In this document: one piece after another, positions 42,772 through 55,338 of the stretch | How positions within the stretch are numbered: the first letter of the stretch is position 1 | How the letters are laid out: each line of letters starts with the position of its first letter | Assembly: GCA_964016885.1 (NCBI GenBank) | Contig: OZ024746.1 | Span: 30,132,001-30,196,000, forward strand | Source of the DNA: Eledone cirrhosa | Lineage: Eukaryota | Direction: 5' to 3' | Length of the DNA stretch: 64,000 nucleotides | Notes under the pieces: generated by a model | What the model was told of the DNA's origin: nothing | The model's input: the letters and a program-made list of their open reading frames with translations, nothing else | Database searches by the model: none | Translations under genes and position numbers: made by a program

Positions 42772-44975
42772 ATAGTTTCAGTTCAATAAAATTAGAAATG
42801 ATATTTTGCTTTTATATTTTAGTATTTCTGTAAATAATTCACTCGACTCTACCCTGTCATTTATACAATAAAAAACTAAAAGAACTTTGACAGAATGTCG
42901 AGATAAAACGAAACTAATATTAAACTTTAAATTACTCCTGTGTTTTCTTGAGTAATTTATGTTTGCTGAGCTGGCAGGCTTATGAAGATAAAACAAAACA
43001 AAGAACAAATCACATCTGAATTGGTGTAACTTGAAATGACTTGTCTGCATTCGTGCAATATGTTTCTGCTAACACTATTAATCATATATTAATAAACGGA
43101 ATCAATAAAATGTCATACAAGAGTTGATCATTCAGCAGGTTAATGAGCCGATCAGTAATGAAGAATATTACAGCGTGTTGCCAAATAATGAGTTTGTAAT
43201 AAATCACGCCATAAACCGATTCATTACAGAAAATACACTTAAAGAGACATTGATTCTAGAAAGGCAATGTATGTTCGGCATTTTAAATATCCTGACTACA
43301 ACACTGGAATAATTGATAACACGACGTTTTTGTTAATGTTATAAACGTAGACATGTTCAATGAGGTTATTTTTACTAAACGGTGTTTGGTTATTGCAATT
43401 ATTTATTGAATTCTTTTCTAAGAATCTGCCAATACCGTCAACCAACCATGGATTTATGCCAATGGATGCCACATCGGAAACTCGTATTGCCAAGCCGTAG
43501 TTTTAAAGGCGAGTGGCGAGATGGCAGAGATCTTAGAGCGTAGGTTAGACAGATATTCGCTATTTGTTCCAGCGCTTTGCAATCTGTGTTCGAGTGCTCT
43601 CCGAGATCAGTTTTGCATCTTTTATCCTTTTATAGTCTATAAAGTACAAGTTCACTGCTAGAGGGAAGGATCGATCGTTTCTTTTACTCCGGAATAAATT
43701 GGTCGTGATCAGACCTGGAGATTGATGATCTCCACCTGGTATAATTGTAAGCCAAGGTGTGAACGTCCGACCATCAGGGGTTGAATATCTAGGGAAATCA
43801 TAAAGTTATATACGCAGATCAAAGAGAGATTAATTAGGGTGTCTGAAGTCTGTTAGTGATTGAATGGTGTTAGGCAATGTCCTTGTGACACTACGTCAAA
43901 TGACCTTTATATGGAATGGTCTTGGTTGCTTCTATGTGTGGCTGCAGGACCATCCCAACCATGGGAGTATCTCTTCATTGTGGCTTTCACCGGAGATATT
44001 TTATTCAGTTAGAGGTTATTGACTACTAAAAGGGAAGGACAGGATTTCTGATGCAATCGCTTTTCTAGTAAAATAGGTATAGCATTGAAATAAATGAGCC
44101 CTCACAAATATTTTAGTCTTTCAATGCAGTTATTATATAATATCATACGATGTGGGGTTTCCATCTGGGGTTAGTACTGTCTTGTATGTCACCAGCAACT
44201 GCCTCTGATATTTATCAACAATTGAGTTGTACAGTTAATTCTGTCGATATTCTTTACTATGTAACAGAAATTGAAGCATGAGTAAGAGAATTCACCAGTT
44301 TTAAATTATTAAATATAATGTTATAACATGCGATACAATATATTATTATAGCATACAATATAATAGATTATTATATAGTAGTCAACATGATATCTATTTC
44401 TGTCATACAATGGAAACTATTCAATATATAGACTCTATATCTATTTCTGGCGATATTAATATAGCTATTGTCTACATCTCATCGGCTCGTCTATCACTAT
44501 TGGGAATGTATTATATTGTATTATATTGTAAGAATAAAATTGGGCGGGAAAGTCGTGGGTTGACTAGTAGACACGTTAGTTAGTTTCGATTGTTTATGTT
44601 TTGGTTTCAAATTCCAGCATAGATGTCCTTTATTTCATTCCTTCAAGAAGAGAAAACGTAATATACCAGTGACGTAATGGAGTCCTTCTTAACCAAATAT
44701 ATACCCCCTCGTTAAATAATGTCACGTTCAACCGCTCGTATGTTCGAAACAAAGAACTTATCATGAAACAAATTTGTGACTCACTACGGAAATAACCTAT
44801 TTTATAGAGTAGGACCTGACGGTTGAACTCTTGCCGTTTCAACTACTAGTTCCAGTATTAGCTGTTGAAACATTAAGACCTCAGCCATCGGGTCCTGATA
44901 CGTTATAATATATATATAATATATATAGATATAGACAGAGAGAGAGAGAAAGAGGGGGAGAGAGTGAGAGAGAGC

Positions 44976-45049
<74 letters not shown>

Positions 45050-45304
45050 TATACTTATATATATCCGTACATATATATATATATAATATTATAAAGTGTC
45101 GGGACCTGATGGCTGATATTTTATCGTTTCAAGACATAATCGCGGAATTAGTAGTTGAGACGGTAAAACCTCAAACGTCGGGTCCTGACTCCTTATAATA
45201 TAGCCATACTCTGCTACCCTAAGTATTGAATACTCTGTTGAATAAAGATCTAACTAGTTTTAAACTGGTTCTATCCTGATATATATATATACAAATATGA
45301 ATAT

Positions 45305-45339
<35 letters not shown>

Positions 45340-45434
45340 CTGTATAAATGAAGTAATTCCGTCGGAAAAGTCCAGGAAAAAGGAGTGCTCTGTGTAGGTT
45401 ACAGAGCTTAATAGTTATATATATAATAAAATTA

Positions 45435-45536
45435 GTCCTTCATCAGTGATCTTCCAACTTTCATTGGTATTTCATCGCTTTAAAAATCATATACCTCTAG
45501 TTGGCGCGAGCAATAACAAATAAAGTTATTGGGACA
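45435..45536 (-). ncRNA. Permuted K-turn hammerhead-like motif (version 1)
   Basis: Minus strand: gtcc..tcgc g ccaact aGA ggtaT A tgatttt taaa gcga T GAAA tacc aatGAa agttgg aagatca CTGATGA A ggac. Confidence 0.7.
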
Positions 45537-46260
45537 AGTAAAATAGGGTGAAACGAGCGAGGCATGTAAACAAACACTGACGAAGGACTAATTTTATTCA
45601 TATGTAACCCATGTGCAACCACGCAGCGCTCCATTTTTCTCATATTTATATTTTTTCCTCGGCTGCGATTGTCTGTTTCTTTCTTACTCTCTCTCTCCTC
45701 TTTTTACCTCCTCTGCCAGTCACACTCTCTCTCTCTGCTGGTCTCTTCCTCACACTTCCACTCACTCACTCTCTCTGCTGGTCTCTTCCTCACACTTCCA
45801 CTCACTCACTCTCTTCTTCTCCCCCTCTCTCACTTCCTCCCGTTTCACCTGTGTGAAATCCTTTTCTCGCTCACATCTCACCCATGTCGGATGGTCTATA
45901 TCTCTCGCCCATGAATTCACCAATCTTAAGCTTACAGATTTCATGTGCTTGTCTCTTCCTATCTTTCCGTTGCCATACCATCTTTGTTTCTTCACATGTC
46001 TCGCTCGTTTCACCCTGCTAAGTCGTTGGGACACGTAAATAAAGGGGACACGAGAGTGTAAACAAACAAAGATGGTGAAGCAACGAAAAGTGAGGAAGAA
46101 GGAGTCAAGTCCAAAATGTTCATGAATATAATTTCGGTGAAATCGTGAACGAGAGACCGAATTTATATTCATGAAAATTTTGGACTTGACTCCTTCTTCC
46201 TCACTTTTCGTTGCTTCATCATATTTGTTTGTTTACACTCTTGTGTCCACTTTATTTACG

Positions 46261-46371
46261 TGTCCCAACGACTTTTTTTAGCCGTTGCTCGCACCAACCG
46301 GAGGTATATGGTCTTTAAAGCGATGAAATACCAATGATGGTTGGAAGATCACTGATGAAGGACTAACTTTA
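46261..46371 (+). ncRNA. Permuted K-turn hammerhead-like motif (version 1b)
   Basis: gtcc..tcgc a ccaacc gGA ggtaT A tggtctt taaa gcga T GAAA tacc aatGAt ggttgg aagatca CTGATGA A ggac. Confidence 0.72.
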
Positions 46372-46427
46372 TTCATATGTAACCCATTCGCAACCACGCA
46401 GCACGTTTATTCTCATATATATATATT

Positions 46428-46537
<110 letters not shown>

Positions 46538-46614
46538 AGATTGGAGGCGGTAAAAACCAGTCAGACCTTTACTCCGCAGAGTACTCGATACTTGGAGTAG
46601 TAGAGTGGGTAATC

Positions 46615-46714
<100 letters not shown>

Positions 46715-46793
46715 GAATAGATACATAGATATCTTTCTTTATTTACCATATAGATAGGTAGATAGATAAATAGATAAATAGATAGACAGATAG

Positions 46794-46918
<125 letters not shown>

Positions 46919-47039
46919 AAATCTATCTGTCTATCTATCTATCTATCTATCTATCTGTCTATCTATCTATTTATCTATTTATCTATATATATATATATAT
47001 CTATTTATCTATTTATCTATATATATATATATCTATTTA

Positions 47040-47147
<108 letters not shown>

Positions 47148-47274
47148 TATATACATATATAAGTATATATGTATACATATATATGTACATATATATATAT
47201 TATGAAATACTGTGTGCTTCTTGCTTATAATAATTTCTATACTTTTCATTTATATATATGTATATATATATATA

Positions 47275-47370
47275 TGTCTCCCTCAATCTATGTATATATA
47301 TATGTATATATATATGTATGTATATATACATATATATGTCTCCCTCAATCTATATATATATATGTATATA

Positions 47371-47435
<65 letters not shown>

Positions 47436-47700
47436 GTCTCCCTCAATCTATGTATATATATATGTATATATATATGTATGTATATATACATATATATGTC
47501 TCCCTCAATCTATATATATATATGTATATATATATGTATATATATATATATATATATATGTATATGTCTCCCTCAATCTATGTATATATATATGTATATA
47601 TATATGTCTCCCTCAATCTATGTATATATATATGTATATATATATGTATGTATATATACATATATATGTCTCCCTCAATCTATATATATATATGTATATA

Positions 47701-47787
<87 letters not shown>

Positions 47788-47835
47788 TCCCTCAATCTAT
47801 GTATATATATGTATATATATATGTCTCCCTCAATC

Positions 47836-47868
<33 letters not shown>

Positions 47869-47885
47869 GTCTCCCTCAATCTATG

Positions 47886-47935
<50 letters not shown>

Positions 47936-48122
47936 GTCTCCCTCAATCTATGTATATATATATATATATCTATGTATATATATATGTCTCCCTTAATCTA
48001 TGTGTATATATGTATATATATATATGTATATATATATATATGTCTCCGTCAATCTATGTATTTATATATGTGTATATATATATATATATGCATATATATA
48101 TATATATATGTCTCCCTCAATC

Positions 48123-48173
<51 letters not shown>

Positions 48174-48238
48174 GTCTCCCTCAATCTATATATTTATATA
48201 TATATATGTATATATATATATATGTCTCCCTCAATCTA
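47275..48238. repeat. Array of 16 copies of tgtctccctcaatcta separated by variable (TA)n/TG spacers
   Basis: Counted directly. Spacers are microsatellite, not unique sequence. Confidence 0.9.
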
Positions 48239-48519
48239 TATATATATATATTTTTGTAATATTTGTGCAATGTATATTTTTGAAACAGAAGCCAGTATGT
48301 AACATGTTTTCTGTGGTGTTTCAGTAAAAATGTGTCTAATGCTAAGTATAGTTTATACGGCATAAAATGAATATAATCAAACGTTATGATTGAAATCTAG
48401 TTAATTATATAGAATTCTGTTGGCTTTATATTGAACTGATAACAGCAATATAGGATCACTGCCGCCTATAGCGGCTGTTGTTGTAGTTATTGTTGCTGAT
48501 GATGCTGGTCTTTCTCGTT

Positions 48520-49126
48520 GTTATTGTAGTTGTTGTTGATGGTGGTGGTGGTGGTGGTGTTGATGGTGGTGTTGTTGATGGTGGTGGTGGTGGTGGTGGT
48601 GGTGGTGGTGTTGGTGTTGTTGATCGTGGTGGTGGTGGTGGTGGTGGTGGTGGTGTTGCTGTTGGCGGTGCTGTTGGTGGTGGTGGTGGTGGTGGTGTTG
48701 TTGTTGTTGATGTTGATGGTTGTGGTGGTGGTGTTGGTGGTGGTGTTGGTGGTGTTGATGGTGGTGGTGGTGTTGCTGTTGGCGGTGCTGTTGGTGGTGG
48801 TGGTGGTGGTGGTATTGTTGCTGTTGGTGGTGGTGGTGGTGCTGGTGGTGCTGGTGGTGGTTTGGTGGTGTTGTTGTTGGCGGTGTTGGTGGTGGTGGTG
48901 GTGTTGTTGTTGGCGGTGTTGTTGTTGGTGGTGGTGGTGGTGGTGTTGGTGTTGGCGGTGTTGTTGTTGTTGGTGGTGGTGTTGGTGTTGCTGTTGGCGG
49001 TGTTGTTGTTGGTGGTGGTGTTGGCGGTGTTGCTGTTGTTGTTGTTGGTGGTGGTGTTGTTGTTGGCGGTGTTGTTGTTGTTCTTGTTGTTGTTGTTGGT
49101 GGTGGTGGTGGTGGTGTTGTCGGTGT

Positions 49127-49157
<31 letters not shown>

Positions 49158-50355
49158 ATTGAGGGTGGTGGTGGTGCTGCTGCTGCTGCTGCTGCTGCTG
49201 CGCTTGTCGTTGTTTCTGTTGGTTGTTGTGGTGGTGATGTTGGCGGTGGTTTTTTTCCTGTTGTTGTTATAACTGGTGCTGATGCTGATGCTGATGCTGA
49301 TGCTGATGCTGATGCTGATGCTGCTTGTGCTGCTGGTGCTGCTGCTGGCGGTGCTGCTGCTGGTGCTGGTGCTGTTTTTGTCGTAGTTTTTGTTGGTGGA
49401 GTTTTTATCGTTGTTGTTTTTGTTGTTGATGTGGTGGTGGTATTTGTGGTGGTGCTGTTGTTGGTCTTGTATTTGTTGCTGTTGTTGTTGATGGTGGTAT
49501 TTGTGGTGGTGCTGTTGTTGGTCTTGTATTTGTTGCTGTTGTTGTTGGTGGTGGTATTTGTGGTGGTGCTGTTGTTGGTCTTGTATTTGTTGTTTTTGTT
49601 GTTGATGTGGTGGTGGTATTTGTGGTGGTGCTGTTGTTGGTCTTGTATTTGTTGCTGTTGTTGTTGGTGGTGGTATTTGTGGTGGTGCTGTTGTTGGTCT
49701 TGTAGTTGTTGTTTTTGTTGTTGATGTGGTGGTGGTATTTGTGGTGGTGCTGTTGTTGGTCTTGTATTTGTTGCTGTTGTTGTTGGTGGTGGTATTTGTG
49801 GTGGTGCTGTTGTTGGTCTTGTATTTGTTGTTTTTGTTGTTGATGTGGTGGTGGTATTTGTGGTGGTGCTGTTGTTGGTCTTGTAGTTGTTGCTCTGTTG
49901 TTGTTGGTGGTGGTATTTGTGGTGGTGCTGTTGTTGGTCTTGTAGTTGTTGCTCTGTTGTTGTTGGCGGTGGTATTTGTGGTGGTGCTGTTGTTGGTCTT
50001 GTAGTTGTTGCTGTTGTTGTTGGTGGTGGTATTTGTGGTGGTGCTGTTGTTGGTCTTGTAGTTGTTGCTCTGTTGTTGTTGGTGGTGGTATTTGTGGTGG
50101 TGCTGTTGTTGGTCTTGTAGTTGTTGCTGTTGTTGTTGTTGGTGGTGGTATTTGTGGTGATGCTGTTGTTGGTCTTGTAGTTGTTGCTGTTGTTGTTGTT
50201 GGTGGTGGTATTTGTGGTGGTGCTGTTGTTGGTCTTGTAGTTGTTGTGTTGCTGTTGTTGTTGTTGGTGGTGGTATTTGTGGTGATGCTGTTGTTGGTCT
50301 TGTATTTGTTGGTGTTGTTGTTGTTGGTGGTGGTTGTGGTGGTGTTGGTGGTAGT
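48520..50355. repeat. GGT/GTT low-complexity tract grading into a ~55-65-bp minisatellite (49400-50350)
   Basis: Unit ggtggtatttgtggtggtgctgttgttggtcttgta[gt]ttgttg... Confidence 0.92.
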
Positions 50356-50471
50356 GGCATTGTACAGATTTTATGTAATCTTACTACACAAACAACTCAT
50401 ACAATGATATATATTTATAAACACCAGAGGATCACCCATGCGCATATGGACATATATACATATATACATAT

Positions 50472-50569
<98 letters not shown>

Positions 50570-50597
50570 GTATATATGTATACATATATATATATGT

Positions 50598-50641
<44 letters not shown>

Positions 50642-50675
50642 ACATATATACATATACATATATATATACATATAC

Positions 50676-50769
<94 letters not shown>

Positions 50770-51075
50770 ATGTATATATGTATATATGTCCATATGCGCA
50801 TGGGTGATCCTCTGGTGTTTATAAATATATATCATTATATGAGTTGTTTGTGTAGTAACATTACATAAAATCTGTACAAGGCCACTACCACCAACACCAC
50901 CACAACCAACAACAACAACAACAACAGCAACAACTACAAGACCAAAAACAGCATCACCACAAATACCACCACCAACAACAACAGCAACAACTACAAGACC
51001 AACAACAGCATCACCACAAATACCACCACCAACAACAACAACAGCAACAACTACAAGACCAACAACAGAACCACC

Positions 51076-51080
<5 letters not shown>
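50160..51080. repeat. Large fold-back centred on (CA)n-(TA)n-(TG)n
   Basis: ~110-bp unique arms (50360-50470 vs 50770-50880) plus inverted minisatellite units. Confidence 0.9.
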
Positions 51081-51136
<56 letters not shown>

Positions 51137-51283
51137 CTGTATATATATATATACCCTCAAGCGCATAAACACAAGCGTAGAGAATTAGTCTCCAATATAC
51201 GCATATAAATACATAATACCATACTCTATCTATCTCTCCCCCACCTGCTTCCTATCTTTCTTAAACACACACATTTATTCATA

Positions 51284-51317
<34 letters not shown>

Positions 51318-51333
51318 GGGGAGAAAGAGAGCG

Positions 51334-51379
<46 letters not shown>

Positions 51380-51491
51380 TCAATAACTATATAGATATGA
51401 TAACCGCAGTCGATATAAGATCCAAGGATATGAATCAACCAGAGATCTTACAATAACACAAGTTAAACGCCAGTATGACTTTATACTGTAT

Positions 51492-51523
<32 letters not shown>

Positions 51524-51527
51524 CATA

Positions 51528-51606
<79 letters not shown>

Positions 51607-52169
51607 GTATATATATATATATATATACACATATATTCAATATTACTATGGCTAAAAATTGAGTCTTCTTACTCTGGAGTTTCGCCTGTTTAGCACAGGG
51701 TTATCAGACAAGAACATATATATATATATATATACAGTATATGTCTGAGGCTGGTTCATTCTTATGTCTTTCTCCCTTCCCTCATTGTCCCCTCCATCTC
51801 TCCCTTTATTTAATTCTCAGGGAGATTCAGCGTGACACAATATATGTCAAGGCTGGCCCTCTGAATTATAGATACGAACAGTCGACCCGACTGTCTTTCA
51901 AATATTTTCCCATCATGCAATTTCACTCAGAAAGCATGGGTCGACGTGAGGCTCTGGTAAATGGCATTTACAAAAGATACCAAACAGTAGGACCGAACCC
52001 GGGTCCTAATGATTGCGAAACGAACTCTTTAACCATTCTGCTATACCACGACCTCAACCAATAAAATTAATATACATTTGATTATTGTGAAAAGGAATCA
52101 GATTTTTCAATGTCTCTTCCAGTGTTGAAATACTTTTACAATGATTCTTGTAAGCAGTGTTGTCACTTG

Positions 52170-52206
<37 letters not shown>

Positions 52207-52214
<8 letters not shown>

Positions 52215-52645
52215 TTCACATATTTATATTTTTTCCTCAGCTGCGATTGTCTGTTTCTTTCTTACTCTCTCTCCTCTTTTTACCCTCTCTGCCAGTCACA
52301 CTCTCTCTCTCTGCTGGTCTCTTCCTCACACTTCCACTCACTCACTCTCTTCTTGTCGGATGGTCTGTATCTCTCGCCCATGAATTCACCAAGCTTAAGC
52401 TTACAGATTTCATGTGCTTGTCTCTTCCTATCTTTCCGTTGCCATACCATCGTTGTTTATTTACATGTCTCGCTCGTTTCACCCTATTTTACTTGTCCCA
52501 ATAACTTTATTTGTTATTGCCCGCACCAACTAGAGGTATATGATTTTTAAAGCGATGAAATACCAATGAAAGTTGGAAGATCACTGATGAAGAACTAATT
52601 TTATTCATATGTAACCCATGTGCAACCACGCAGCGCTCCATTTTT

Positions 52646-52650
<5 letters not shown>
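52207..52650 (+). mobile_element. One full ~429-bp monomer of the permuted-HHR element
   Basis: Starts and ends with ctccattttt (52207, 52636). The same junction is read through at ~45630-45660. Flanked by (CT)n and (TA)n. Confidence 0.8.
52494..52596 (+). ncRNA. Permuted K-turn hammerhead-like motif (version 1), predicted cut after 52540
   Basis: ggtaTA 52535-52540, GAAA 52557-52560, CTGATGA 52584-52590. Confidence 0.7.
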
Positions 52651-52686
<36 letters not shown>

Positions 52687-53217
52687 TCTCCCCTCTTTCC
52701 TCCGCATCTCTCTCTTCACTCTTCTTCTCCTGCCCCTCCCATCCCCATACCCCTCTCTTCAATCATCACACACTTCCCCTTCTTTCTCTCCTTACCCCCT
52801 CCCTCTCTCTTCTCTCCCATCTCTCTAAAAATATCGAAATATGTTGGTGAATTCTTGATGTAAAGCTTCTAGTAATTCATAAGTAACAAACGGAATGTTC
52901 AGAATATTGATCTTCATATTAGGCCATGTTTCTCAATATGTCGCTGGATTATTAAATTTCTAATCAATTCTATATAGAGTTATTGCATAATAGAAACAAC
53001 ACTTTCTTTGACAGTTGTCATAGGAATATACGCTGAACAATTGGTAGTTTGTCATTAGAATGTTTGAATGCCTTGTGGAAGTCAATCCTGCTCTCTGCGT
53101 TATCAGTTAATATCAAACCGAGATTTACTTTGCCTTTCATCCTTTCGAAGTTGATAAAATGCATCTCTATCTGGGTGTCTGTATCTCTATCTTTCTTTCT
53201 CTCTCTCTCTCTCTCTC

Positions 53218-53288
<71 letters not shown>

Positions 53289-53309
53289 TTCTCTCTCAGA
53301 CACACATAA

Positions 53310-53340
<31 letters not shown>

Positions 53341-53446
53341 GACTCTGGCTTTCTCTCTCTCTGTCTTTTCTCTCTCTCTTTCTCTCTTCCTATATGTCTT
53401 TCTCTCTCTTACTCTCTCTCTTATTCTCTCTCACTCTGTCTCTATA

Positions 53447-53490
<44 letters not shown>

Positions 53491-53834
53491 AGAAATCAGC
53501 AGTGTTCATAGGAGGCATAAGCTCAGCGATGTTTAAAAGAAATCCCCCCCCCCCCCGACATGTATGCCACTATAGAGCCCCTAAGTCTTCATTAGGACTT
53601 ACGGTGCCAGGCATATGCCATAGGTCTATATTTTTCGTTTTCGCTGTGCCAATTTCTTTGTCTATCTCCCTCAATGTTGTCATCATTAACTTCAATTTAG
53701 TCGTTAATGTAGGATGTAGTGAATGTTTAAAAAGAAGAGAAAGGGTGATGTAATAGACATTGATGCAACTGATTACATGTCACAGAATTTGAAAGAACGT
53801 AAATATTTCAGATTTAGCAAAGGATTATAAACTG

Positions 53835-53890
<56 letters not shown>

Positions 53891-53947
53891 TTAATATAGA
53901 TGAGATTCTACAGGACTAGAACTGTTTCATTCTTTAGAAATCATCAG

Positions 53948-54000
53948 GAGATTCCTGATGATTTCTAAAGAATGAAACAGTTCTAGTCCTGTAGAATCTC
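53948..54000 (+). ncRNA. Type I hammerhead within a fold-back (53887-54015)
   Basis: gagattc CTGATGA t ttc taaa gaa t GAAA cag ttctagtc ctg TA gaatctc. Stem I is 7 bp, cleavage triplet GUA. Confidence 0.85.
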
Positions 54001-54084
54001 ATCTATATTAAAACTTTTATACTGTGCAATGTATTGAGTACCTTACTTACTGTGGTTACCTCCGATTCAACCCGGAATAACGTA

Positions 54085-54126
<42 letters not shown>

Positions 54127-54164
54127 AAAATGGAACGGGAACAAAACAGAGAGGCAGTACGAAC

Positions 54165-54300
<136 letters not shown>

Positions 54301-55338
54301 TTCTCAGAAGCTTTTGTCAATAACATTTTCAGTATTGAGAAATACACAGGTATGATAACTATTTATTATCGGTCGATAAAATAAAGTACCAGTAATGTAC
54401 TGGGATAAGTGCTGGCCTTGTGCCAAAAAGTAGAAACAATTATCATAGGCATTGGCCCAAATAGTATCGCGTATTTTCTGTCCTAAATTCAATGGGATGT
54501 AATTGACATGTTGGAGATACCAGATATCTAACTAAACTAAAAGTATGATCGTTCTTCACTTTGAAACATGACTTGTTGTTTCGGTTCGCGATCGTAAGGT
54601 TCGTGCTTTTGATTATCAACGCTGCATTGCGTCCTTGAGTAAGACACTTTATTTCGCGTTCATTCAGTTCATACAACTGGATAAAAACGAGTTCTACCTG
54701 TAATTCAAAGGGCTAACCCTACCATTCACATTTGAATCTGTGAATCCCGCAGAGAAATAACTTTAATGAACACCTGTCTAATTAATGCTCTGCTACTTAC
54801 ACGTGAATTTCGAAAGCAATCATCGTACACCTACTTACCTACTTGCAACAAAATTTCTGGTCGGATGTCCCAAACAATCGATACATTCAACATAGCTAAT
54901 TATTGCATTTCCGTCTAGTGGCAAATAAAAGATTTATTGAAACAGGTAATACTACTAAGCTAATTATATAACAACAAATACTCAACATTTACATCAGTAA
55001 CGAATTCAGAGACGGAGATACGATGCTAATTAAGTTTGAAAACACAACTCATTAAGCAAAGTTGATTAAAAATATATAAAGCGAAAGATGTACTAATTAC
55101 ACGCCTTAGTGGATATTTGAGTGGAGTACTTAAATACTGAATTAGTTGCTTAAATGTAACTCATAATTTCATGCATTACTGGATAATAAATTATTCATAA
55201 ACCCGGCATATTCAAACAAATTCATGTAGAGTTGTGTGTGTGCATGTATGTACATATATGTACACACACACACACATATATATATATATGTGTATATATA
55301 TATATATATATACACACACACATATATATATATATATA

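Larger units (their letters stand above)
45425..46418. mobile_element. Composite of permuted-HHR cassettes: inverted piece (45425-45575), sense monomer part (45575-46020), inverted repeat 46020-46138/46156-46274, second subfamily to 46418
   Basis: High identity to 52207-52650, internal inverted repeat, (TA)n/(TG)n flanks. Confidence 0.8.

Noticed and set aside
46330-46360. Box C/D snoRNA or SECIS reading of the K-turn and CTGATGA motif
   Set aside because: Box order and spacing do not fit C/D. The bulged GA strand lies 3' of its partner, unlike SECIS. Neither explains the GAAA and UH strands or the stem I covariation.
47275-48238. CRISPR array
   Set aside because: The repeat is only 16 bp, spacers are TA microsatellite, the context is eukaryotic and there are no cas genes.
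48456-50360. 634-aa ORF (Q/H/T/N/P-rich)
   Set aside because: Translation of trinucleotide low complexity and a minisatellite. Composition shifts with unit phase and there is no domain.
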